The notes beneath the pieces are model-generated. The model saw nothing but the letters and a program-made list of their open reading frames with translations. It was not told the DNA's origin and did no database searches. Both the position numbers and the translations under genes were made by a program. From the NCBI GenBank assembly GCA_023251395.1, contig JAHEYW010000005.1:1-41694 (forward strand): 41,694 bases of DNA, read 5' to 3'. Shown in pieces: positions 8,303-16,154 of the stretch; positions within the stretch are counted from its first letter, which is position 1, and every line of letters begins with the position of its first letter. The DNA comes from Bacteroidales bacterium. GTDB lineage: Bacteria; Bacteroidota; Bacteroidia; Bacteroidales; VadinHA17.

Positions 8303-9589
8303 ATGTCAACCCCAAATCCTCCCCAATTGTTGTCTTCGAGACCTAAATTCACCGGCAGAAGACTTGTGAAGATAGACCCAGAAGCATCACATCAGACAAT
8401 TTCTTCTCGTGCTAAAAATGCCTCAATCAGGCTTGCATCATTCAGTGATTATTCAGAAGGCCATGAAGATTTCACAAGAGCTTTTGAAGATTCAGACGGA
8501 ATTCTATTCGACGGTTTCAGGATAGCCATAGTTAATGAAAACCGCGATGACAGAGTAAAAAAACTGACTGAATCCTCTAAAACCAAAAACACTTTTTTCT
8601 ACTCTGAACCGGAAAGGTTCGTATATGCCATTCAAAATATAAATTACTTATCTTCAAAGGATATAAATACCGGATCTGAAGTACAGGTGAAGGATAGCAA
8701 TGGCTCAAAGACAGGCTTCAATTTCAATGACGATGGCACTGCATCCTGGGCGATACATGCAATTAAGATCAATGAATCTGAATATTCCGGAAAAGGAGTA
8801 AATATTGCTATCCTCGATACCGGATTCAATATCACCCATCCTGATTTTTCAGGAAGGTCAATTACGGTAAGGTCCTTTATTAGTGGCGAGGAGGTTAATG
8901 ATTTGAACGGACATGGCTCTCACTGTACAGGTCTTGCAGCAGGAAATATCAATCATGTCACCAGAATGCGTTATGGGGTGGCAAAGGGGGTAAATATTTT
9001 TGTCGGAAAGGTATTGTCAAATGAAGGCAGCGGAAGTGACAGCAGCATCCTGGCAGGGATGGAATGGGCAATAACAAATCACTGCAAGGTTATCTCAATG
9101 TCACTCGGTGCCCAGGTATATCCCGGAGAATCATATTCAAATATCTATAATGATATTGCTAAGAAAGCAATCTCAAAAGGGACAATAATAATAGCTGCTG
9201 CCGGCAATGAAAGCCGTCGTGACAAAGGAATTATCAGTCCGGTAGGACACCCGGCCAATTGTCCTGCAATCATGGCTGTAGCGGCACTTGACAGGAAACT
9301 TGATGTGGCATATTTTTCCTGCGGCGGAATAAATCAGGATGGCGGTCAGGTCGACATTGCTGCACCCGGAGTAGATATTTACAGCTCATGGAAAAACCCA
9401 GTGGGATATAATACGATCTCGGGGACAAGTATGGCAACTCCAATTGTTGCTGGTGTCGCTGCCCTATTCTGCGAAGCTTATCCCTCAGCATCTGCATCAG
9501 ATATCTGGAAGTATCTTACGCAAAATGCAATGAGACTTGTTCTGAATTTTTCAGATGTGGGAGCTGGATTCGTTCAACCACCAAAGTGA
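8303..9589 (+). CDS. S8-family (subtilisin-like) serine peptidase with no recognisable signal peptide
   Basis: Catalytic triad motifs AILDTGF (Asp), NGHGSHCTG (His) and SGTSMATPIVAG (Ser). The N-terminal ~150 aa are hydrophilic and propeptide-like, with no hydrophobic leader. Confidence 0.9.
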   Translation: MSTPNPPQLLSSRPKFTGRRLVKIDPEASHQTISSRAKNASIRLASFSDYSEGHEDFTRAFEDSDGILFDGFRIAIVNENRDDRVKKLTESSKTKNTFFYSEPERFVYAIQNINYLSSKDINTGSEVQVKDSNGSKTGFNFNDDGTASWAIHAIKINESEYSGKGVNIAILDTGFNITHPDFSGRSITVRSFISGEEVNDLNGHGSHCTGLAAGNINHVTRMRYGVAKGVNIFVGKVLSNEGSGSDSSILAGMEWAITNHCKVISMSLGAQVYPGESYSNIYNDIAKKAISKGTIIIAAAGNESRRDKGIISPVGHPANCPAIMAVAALDRKLDVAYFSCGGINQDGGQVDIAAPGVDIYSSWKNPVGYNTISGTSMATPIVAGVAALFCEAYPSASASDIWKYLTQNAMRLVLNFSDVGAGFVQPPK

Positions 9590-9608
9590 TTTTACGGCAG
9601 ATTTTTCC

Positions 9609-9616
9609 TAAATTTG
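9609..9616 (+). promoter_or_regulatory. Candidate Bacteroidota -7 promoter box (TAAATTTG fits TAnnTTTG)
   Basis: The motif lies 20 nt upstream of the GTG start at 9636. Confidence 0.25.
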
Positions 9617-9635
9617 AAGTAATAATGATTATCAG

Positions 9636-9866
9636 GTGAAAATCCAGAAAGTAAATTTTATTGCCTCAGTCAGAGAGGACCGGATAAGCGATATTGAGGA
9701 TATCGCAAAAAGCCTCGAGGGACTTGGCTGTACTATTGAAAACATTCTTACACTGTCAGGGGTGATAACAGGAAGCGCTTCACCCGGAACGTCATTTACA
9801 ACTCTTAAAATTGACGGTATTAAAAACATTGAACCGGACAGGCATATTAAAACTTCAGATAAGTGA
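9636..9866 (+). CDS. Small (76 aa) protein downstream of the S8 peptidase, unknown function
   Basis: GTG start. The pattern of alternating hydrophobic residues (V.FIASV ... IEDIAKSLEGLGCTIENILTLSGVITGSA ... LKIDGIKNIEPD) suggests a small alpha/beta fold. From memory it resembles small ORFs found beside S8 peptidases in other phyla. Confidence 0.45.
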   Translation: MKIQKVNFIASVREDRISDIEDIAKSLEGLGCTIENILTLSGVITGSASPGTSFTTLKIDGIKNIEPDRHIKTSDK

Positions 9867-9885
9867 AACAAATAAACTGATAAAT

Positions 9886-10512
9886 ATGGCATTAGAAAAA
9901 AGATCAAGCGGAACAAATAACAGCAAAGTCTGGGATTACATTGTATCCGAAATTAAAAAAGATCATAAGGGACTGGCAATATCAGGAAGTCCTCAGGTAG
10001 TCAGCAGTCCATACGGGAAAGCAGTCTGGTTCAATGGTGAAAGGGATGGGTACTTTATGGAAGAGAATCCCTTGTATGGTTTGTCTTACTTTACTATTGA
10101 GGCGATATTCAGACCAGATATAGATGGCCCGGAGGAACAACGTTTCCTTCATATCGGCGGAACAGATAGCGATCGTCTTCTGCTTGAAACCAGGCTCACT
10201 CCGGAGAACATGTGGTTTCTGGATACTTTTATTCTTTGCGGAGAATCAAAAAAGGCAGTTATTGATCCGAACTTACAACACCCTGCCGGCAGATAGTATC
10301 ACGTTGCTCTTACGCTTGACAAAAAAGGGAAAATGACAAATTATGTCAATGGCAGGATGGAACTCTCGGGCGATGTGGAATTCAAACCTATTAACTCAGG
10401 AGCGTTATCTATAGGAGCAAGACGCAACAGGGTATCCTGGTTTCTTGGAGCAATTTACCGTTTCAGAATCTCTCCCCTGGTCCTGGAGCCGAAAGACTTC
10501 TTAAAGTTCTAA
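9886..10512 (+). pseudogene. LamG/concanavalin-A-like lectin domain protein interrupted by one in-frame TAG (10294-10296)
   Basis: From ATG 9886 the frame reads through to TAA 10510-10512 apart from a single TAG. The stop sits in HPAGR*YHVALTLD, where LamG domains usually have a conserved Trp (W-H-H-V-A). TGG to TAG is one G-to-A change. Confidence 0.7.
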
Positions 10513-10524
10513 GGATTAGCAAGA

Positions 10525-11085
10525 TCAATATGTAGCCTGACCCTTGAACACCGTCGAATTATTGAGAGTATTAAGATGTCCTGACCAGGTAAGTTTGCCG
10601 GGGCCATTACCTGAAATTGTTGCATTGGCAACATTTTCAGCATTTACGGTCATGAAGATCTGAAAATTCCCGATGTTTGAAAGAAGATGAAATTCTACAG
10701 TAAGATTCATATTCTTGAAGTTTTTTGAGAGCTTCCAGTTATCAACATTTCCCTCAGCAGTTTCACCCCCTACTCCATTGTAGCCGATACCTGAATTGGT
10801 CCCGGTCTGTAGAACCCCGTTTTCACCATCAACTCTCACAAAGTTAATTCCACTGGGCACATTAACCTGATTCCCGTATTTATCACGAAGCCAATCTGCT
10901 TCCAGGACAAACTTCTTTGTCATCAGCAATGAATCAATTATATGGAAATTATATGCCAGCTGTGTTTTTCTGGCATCTTTCTTCTCCTGCCGTGTAAGTT
11001 TCTCCTGCGCACCAGCATTAACACTTAAAATAAGCATCACCAGGAGACCAATTATGGTCGCTGCTTTCATCTTAATAGTTTTCAT
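10525..11085 (-). CDS. Secreted DUF4251-like protein
   Basis: Signal peptide, then a K/E-rich helix, then KKFVLEAD and a Gly/Asn-rich beta region. The layout matches my memory of Bacteroidota DUF4251 proteins. Confidence 0.5.
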   Translation of the reverse strand: MKTIKMKAATIIGLLVMLILSVNAGAQEKLTRQEKKDARKTQLAYNFHIIDSLLMTKKFVLEADWLRDKYGNQVNVPSGINFVRVDGENGVLQTGTNSGIGYNGVGGETAEGNVDNWKLSKNFKNMNLTVEFHLLSNIGNFQIFMTVNAENVANATISGNGPGKLTWSGHLNTLNNSTVFKGQATY

Positions 11086-11227
11086 AGCTTATTCTTTTTA
11101 ATACCGGATAAGCGATCCAAATAGTATGCCAAATATATTATTCCTGTCTTATTGCCTGAGTTTTAACAAGAATTTAAGATAAATTGTTGTTTCCGAAAAT
11201 TTTGCCTGTCAGCGGTTGCCGGAAATG

Positions 11228-11464
11228 TCAGACCTTTATGCTGTTGCTGGTCTTTTTCTTTGTTGTTTTCCTTTGAGGGCGGTTAGATTTTGGCGGGGCT
11301 TTGGTCTTTCTGGCTTTTGACGAGGTGGGTCTGGCAGTTGACTTTGATTGTCCTGCTTTTCCTATCTTGGCGCTGGCTGTTGTTTTATGCTTCTTGTTCT
11401 GACCATAACTGGAGACAGGATAAGCCAGGAAAAGGGCCAGTAACAGGATTAATAATTTTTTCAT
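11228..11464 (-). CDS. Small secreted, highly basic low-complexity protein
   Basis: The internal Met gives MKKLLILLLALFLAYPVSSYG (signal peptide), followed by a K/T/S/R/P-rich tail. The coding call rests on the signal peptide only. Confidence 0.35.
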   Translation of the reverse strand: MKKLLILLLALFLAYPVSSYGQNKKHKTTASAKIGKAGQSKSTARPTSSKARKTKAPPKSNRPQRKTTKKKTSNSIKV

Positions 11465-11658
11465 TGAGGAGTTATTGAGGGATTTGTGCTCTTCTCTTTT
11501 CCACAAATTTATACAAAAATATGTCATGCCATTATAAACATACAATCGCATAAAATTAATTCTACATTGACAAATTCCTTTTCAATATGATTTTTCAAAT
11601 GTGTCAAAGTAGAATCAAATTGAATATCTTAGAAATCTGCCAGACAAAAATTATATGC

Positions 11659-12240
11659 CTACTCGATCAACTTGATTGTCATCTTAATATCTGTAAGAGG
11701 CCTGTCATTCTGGTCTCTCTGAACATTTGCGATCTTTGTGACTACCTCTAATCCCTCTGTTATTTCGCCAAAAACTGTATAGTCATTATCAAGACTATGA
11801 GCCCCTCTTACCGGTTCAACAATATAAAACTGGGAACCTGATGATTCTTTTTTAGGGTTTGAAGGGCCACCTAAACGTGCAGCTGCAAGTGCACCCTGCT
11901 TATGGGTCAGTTTTGGATTGAATTCAGCAGGTATAGTATAACCCGGGCTTCCTGATCCCACCCTGTCACCCTTACCGGCGTTTTTGGATTGCGGATCCCC
12001 TCCCTGGATCATAAATCCAGGAATTACCCTGTGAAAAAGTGATCCGTTATAAAAACCCGAATTGACAAGTTTAACAAAATTATCGCGGTGCTTTGGAGTT
12101 TCGTTATAAAGGAAACCTTTCATATCACCAAGACTGGTGTGGATCACAAACTTTTTCTGCTGCAGGACATAATTCTGCTGGCCGACGGATGATAAAGTAA
12201 AAAATGATATTGTAATCAGGGAAAAAAACAGTTTTTTCAT
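11659..12240 (-). CDS. Cyclophilin-type peptidyl-prolyl cis-trans isomerase, secreted
   Basis: FHRVIPGFMIQGGDP and GSQFYIV cyclophilin signatures, with an N-terminal signal peptide. Confidence 0.9.
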   Translation of the reverse strand: MKKLFFSLITISFFTLSSVGQQNYVLQQKKFVIHTSLGDMKGFLYNETPKHRDNFVKLVNSGFYNGSLFHRVIPGFMIQGGDPQSKNAGKGDRVGSGSPGYTIPAEFNPKLTHKQGALAAARLGGPSNPKKESSGSQFYIVEPVRGAHSLDNDYTVFGEITEGLEVVTKIANVQRDQNDRPLTDIKMTIKLIE

Positions 12241-12355
12241 CTTTTGTGAATTTAATGTTTTACTATAGAGAGGTAAAAATATATATTCGTCAGATAAACA
12301 GAAAATATTTATCTGCTATATTGAACCTCTTAATATCATACAATTTGAAAACCAG

Positions 12356-12787
12356 TTATTCTCTGGTCAGGTTTTTCAACCGGGCATATTCAGTAAAAAA
12401 GTCAAAGACCATCTTCTTCTGATCTTTGTTCATTAGGTAAAGCTGAATCTTCAGGTCCATTTTATTTTTCCGTCTGATAAGTACTCCTTTCTCTGCAAGA
12501 AGAATGCTTTCTATTTCTGAATCCTTCACTGTAACCATCCTGTACCAGTTTGTCCAGATTATTTTCAGACAGTCGTCGCAGACTTCGATTTTAGATTTTT
12601 CAGACCCCGACAATGGGGTAAGGGACACAATGCCGATAAGTAAAAAGGTTCCGAATTCGATCCACACCCTGCTTGTCAATGCGTCTTTTCTGGAGATTAA
12701 AACAATTATTCCGATCAGAATCCAGAGGATGCCGATAGTCTTTCTTCCAATCAACCGGTTTCCGGGTTTAATAATAAGATTTTCCAT
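12356..12787 (-). CDS. Hypothetical membrane protein
   Basis: Two N-terminal TM segments and a small soluble C-terminal domain. No family recognised. Confidence 0.4.
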   Translation of the reverse strand: MENLIIKPGNRLIGRKTIGILWILIGIIVLISRKDALTSRVWIEFGTFLLIGIVSLTPLSGSEKSKIEVCDDCLKIIWTNWYRMVTVKDSEIESILLAEKGVLIRRKNKMDLKIQLYLMNKDQKKMVFDFFTEYARLKNLTRE

Positions 12788-12946
12788 ACAATTAAGATTT
12801 ATTTGTCCGCATTTAAGAACTCAAATACTTACAGCTAATTTACAATTTTACAACAGGGACGTCAAGTAATTTCATATTTGAGAAAGATGTGTTGTTTAAG
12901 AACTTACGCAACTCGTCCCATAAGGCGGGAGCGGCGATCCGGAGTA

Positions 12947-15805
12947 TCAATAAATTGCGCCAAGATTAATTGAAAAAATCAGCTCAAACTGCATCCCTTT
13001 AGTCTGAAGATTATATATTGATCTTATTCCGGCATCCAGAGGAGTAATCAGATTAATGAATCCGAAGTCGGAAGAAAGGTCAATCCCCGCAGATGAATAG
13101 TAACTTGTTTTCAAAAGATCTGTGCTTTGTGCATAATCATAAAAAACTCCTGATTTAAATCTTTTAAAATAAAAAACATGACCTACTTGCCAATCAGGGT
13201 AAAACAGCGGCATCGAATAATTTGCAGAGAAGCTGTAAATCTCTTTCCCGCTAATCTCAGTGAATCCTCTCGGAAAAGCTATAAAATCGGAAAAGGAATA
13301 AAAGGTCGAGTTCTTGTTCTGATAGCCGGCATAAAGATTTAAATTATGATGATTCCCTATCCCGGGAAGCCCCAGGGAAATCTGACCAGCAAAGATCGAA
13401 TTTGATGTGTTATTGAACGGGGTTGAATTAAAATTAATCTGAAATGACTGACTCCATCGCGGGAAAAGATCCCTTTGTGACATTTTCATCTTGTTATAGG
13501 CATTAAGTGAAAGATTGACAGAAGCCAATTCATTATGATTAAAAACAATTGGAACGGACTTGTCCATTTTAAGGAACTTATAGTTAAGACTTACGGCTGG
13601 CTGAAAGCTTCTTATCCAATAGTTATGGGTCCAGTTAAGAGGGAGCCTCAAACCGGCAGAAAGATTAAATTCGTTCCATTTTTCAGGGATTGAATCATTT
13701 AATGTATAAACCCCCATACTGCTTCTGCCGCCATAATCTGCGCTCAGATCAACAGCAGTATAATATGTTTCGTTTGATATTGATGAAAAGTACTTACTTG
13801 TCTTCTCATTTCTGTTATATAAATATCCGAAAGAAGAAACAGTGGTATTGAGAAGGTTTTGAGAGATGAGAGTAATCCCTGGTCCGGCTGAACCATCCTG
13901 AAAGCTTATTCCGTATGGAATCCAGCTGTGAAAATCGAAGAGGTTCAAGACTTTGTGATATTGCTTTGAAGTATACTTGATTTTTGGCACTGAATCTTTA
14001 TTGAAAATGAAATTCTCCTGTTTTGTCAGTGCCTCGGCCAGAGGGAAAGCGCTTTTTTCCGGTACAGATATCTCCTGCCATGCTCCGGGATCAAGTTTCT
14101 CCTTAACGAGCTCATATCCATTGGCAGTATAGTTTGAATAGACAATTGATGAATTATCTGATGAAATAAATGCATCTGATGCGCCGAACCTGGAATTGGT
14201 TATTCGTGAGATTTTTCTGGAATTAAGGTCAAGTGCATAGATATTATCTTTCCCGTTATATGAAGCAGTATAAAGAATATTATTCCGGAAGAAAGAAGGC
14301 CTCTTCATTTCCATCAATGAAAAAGGAAGAAGCAGGTCTGTTTTTCCGGTTAAGGGATCAATTGTAGCAATGTTATTCCCTGCTTTCCCGAAAACTATTG
14401 ATACAATTAATTTCCCGTCGTCCGACCACCGGGGATGAACAAAAAGAAGATTGTCCGGGGTGTTTATCTTTCTGATCAAACTACCATCACCTGAATTAAG
14501 GATAACCAGGGAATAGTTGTTCTCAAGGTCTGCCTCAACTGCCACAAGGGTTTTCCCGTCGCGGGTGACTGCGGGAGCATAATATCTCGTTTCTCTTGTT
14601 ATCTGCTTGGTTTTACCGGTATAAAAATTATATGATTTAATAACCCTGTAATCCCTCAGAGTCCATCTCGGGTCATTAACAAACTCAGACCAGAAAAGGT
14701 TACTGTCACTTGCCGAAAGTGATTCTGAATAATAATTTGCCCCGACATTGCAAAGTCTTCTTTCTCTTCCACCTGCCCCGATCAGGACTATCCCGGTAAT
14801 TTTATCCAGGGACGACTTTACAACGACTATCATGCTATCATTCCATATAACAGGCAAATTATAGCAGGTATAAATATCACCAGTTGATTTTGTCATTAAC
14901 TGATAATTATTTTCATGCACTAACTTATCCGCTGCCTTCCATGTGCCCTGAATCTGCCTGGTTATTGTATTGTAAAGATGAAACTTATTAAATCCTGTTT
15001 GCTTTTTAATTGAAGAAGAAAAAGGCACCAGTGTGTACGGCCTTCTTCCAATATTTTGGAGAACATTGCCCCATATCTCCTTACCCCAATTTATACGGGA
15101 CCAGCCGACCAGCTGATATCCCAGTTCGTACTTGCCAGGAACAAAATCAGCAAATGATCCGTAATTAGCTTTTTCATAAGAATATATACCCTTTTCAACA
15201 ATTTGCGCACGCAGTCTCATTTCAAATGAAGGGGTTCTGCCTCTTCCTGTATTATGAAGAGCTGTCTCGGTCACAGTAGGGTCTCCTTCTATGAACCACA
15301 TGGGCAGGAAAGCGCCGAAAACTAAAAATACTCCCTGTTCACCCAGTACATAATGAATACCTCTTGTGAAGCCCTGATCAATTGCTGAATACATCACTGC
15401 ATGCCTGAACTCATGAATAATAAGCTGATCCACCCAATCCTGGGGATACAGATCCTGGGGAGGCGCTATAAAGAATTCCATTCTTCGGGGTGCGATATAA
15501 GTGGCTGAGCTTGGAATAGTTGTCTGATTATGTATAATTACGGAAGTTCTGGGAGTTTTTTGGTAAAGCGATCTGCTCCCGGGGCCATAATTATACTCAA
15601 GCCCGTTTGAAACATACTGTCCCAGGTCTTCAAGTGTCAGTGGATAAATGACCTTGAAATCTTTCGTTCTAATCTGCCGCCATCTGACTGAAGCGGGATC
15701 TGTCCCGGTAAAGAAATACTGAGAAGAGCCTTCCTGAACAGATGATAATGCAAAGACAAAAAATGCTAAAATAAAATGGCAACATTTTGCAGGAGAATGT
15801 ATCAT
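12947..15805 (-). CDS. Large secreted protein: HExxH metallopeptidase-like N-terminal region, PD40/TolB-like beta-propeller repeats, and an aromatic-rich beta-barrel-like C-terminus
   Basis: Signal peptide. LIIHEFRHAV (HExxH). Repeats of the type TRDGKTLVAV, HPRWSDDGKLIVSI and FISSDNSSIVYSN. The C-terminal 300 aa have alternating aromatic/polar strands and end in Tyr. Confidence 0.6.
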   Translation of the reverse strand: MIHSPAKCCHFILAFFVFALSSVQEGSSQYFFTGTDPASVRWRQIRTKDFKVIYPLTLEDLGQYVSNGLEYNYGPGSRSLYQKTPRTSVIIHNQTTIPSSATYIAPRRMEFFIAPPQDLYPQDWVDQLIIHEFRHAVMYSAIDQGFTRGIHYVLGEQGVFLVFGAFLPMWFIEGDPTVTETALHNTGRGRTPSFEMRLRAQIVEKGIYSYEKANYGSFADFVPGKYELGYQLVGWSRINWGKEIWGNVLQNIGRRPYTLVPFSSSIKKQTGFNKFHLYNTITRQIQGTWKAADKLVHENNYQLMTKSTGDIYTCYNLPVIWNDSMIVVVKSSLDKITGIVLIGAGGRERRLCNVGANYYSESLSASDSNLFWSEFVNDPRWTLRDYRVIKSYNFYTGKTKQITRETRYYAPAVTRDGKTLVAVEADLENNYSLVILNSGDGSLIRKINTPDNLLFVHPRWSDDGKLIVSIVFGKAGNNIATIDPLTGKTDLLLPFSLMEMKRPSFFRNNILYTASYNGKDNIYALDLNSRKISRITNSRFGASDAFISSDNSSIVYSNYTANGYELVKEKLDPGAWQEISVPEKSAFPLAEALTKQENFIFNKDSVPKIKYTSKQYHKVLNLFDFHSWIPYGISFQDGSAGPGITLISQNLLNTTVSSFGYLYNRNEKTSKYFSSISNETYYTAVDLSADYGGRSSMGVYTLNDSIPEKWNEFNLSAGLRLPLNWTHNYWIRSFQPAVSLNYKFLKMDKSVPIVFNHNELASVNLSLNAYNKMKMSQRDLFPRWSQSFQINFNSTPFNNTSNSIFAGQISLGLPGIGNHHNLNLYAGYQNKNSTFYSFSDFIAFPRGFTEISGKEIYSFSANYSMPLFYPDWQVGHVFYFKRFKSGVFYDYAQSTDLLKTSYYSSAGIDLSSDFGFINLITPLDAGIRSIYNLQTKGMQFELIFSINLGAIY

Positions 15806-15876
15806 TTCAGGAGAAATTTAACACAATTTACAATTTAAATTTTAGTTATCAAGTAGTAGATAGGAGATTTTTAGAC

Positions 15877-15960
15877 GGGGAATGGGTGACGTGGAGAATG
15901 GGAGAATGGGAGAACCTTCCTTCGCTAAAGCTACGGAGGACGAAGTGGGAGAATGGGTGA
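15877..15960. repeat. 8-bp-periodic G-rich repeat block (GGAGAATG-type units) surrounding an imperfect palindrome
   Basis: GGGGAATG GGTGACGT GGAGAATG GGAGAATG GGAGAACC, then CCTTCGCTAAAGCTACGGAGG, then GGGAGAATGGGTGA. It lies in the divergent intergenic region. Confidence 0.8.
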
Positions 15961-15995
15961 AAAAGATTAATTACTTATTTAGATGATATAGGGCC

Positions 15996-16027
15996 ATAAC
16001 AAAATAACGAAATAACAAAATAACAAT
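15996..16027. repeat. Tandem octamer ATAACAAA x4 (ATAACAAA ATAACGAA ATAACAAA ATAACAAT)
   Basis: Direct reading. It lies ~130 nt upstream of the 16155 start. Confidence 0.85.
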
Positions 16028-16154
16028 TCACCTCCGGTTTACGATTTCCCGAATTTTATAACTTTAAACTTATTGTCAATATTGAAGGACCGGACTATTA
16101 ATTCATTAAATCCAGATATTTATCAATTTCGAATTAATATATTTCTCTACACTC

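Noticed and set aside
9811-9885. N-terminal extension of the LamG-like ORF, and similarly 22603-22680, 27684-27692 and 37718-37771 for their genes
   Set aside because: The extensions overlap upstream genes or precede a much better start. For example, a Met directly begins a signal peptide, or the paralogue begins at the homologous Met.
7773-16027. A CRISPR array, suggested by the short tandem repeats at 7773-7805, 15877-15960 and 15996-16027
   Set aside because: The units are 7-8 bp and directly abutting, with no spacers. There are no cas genes.
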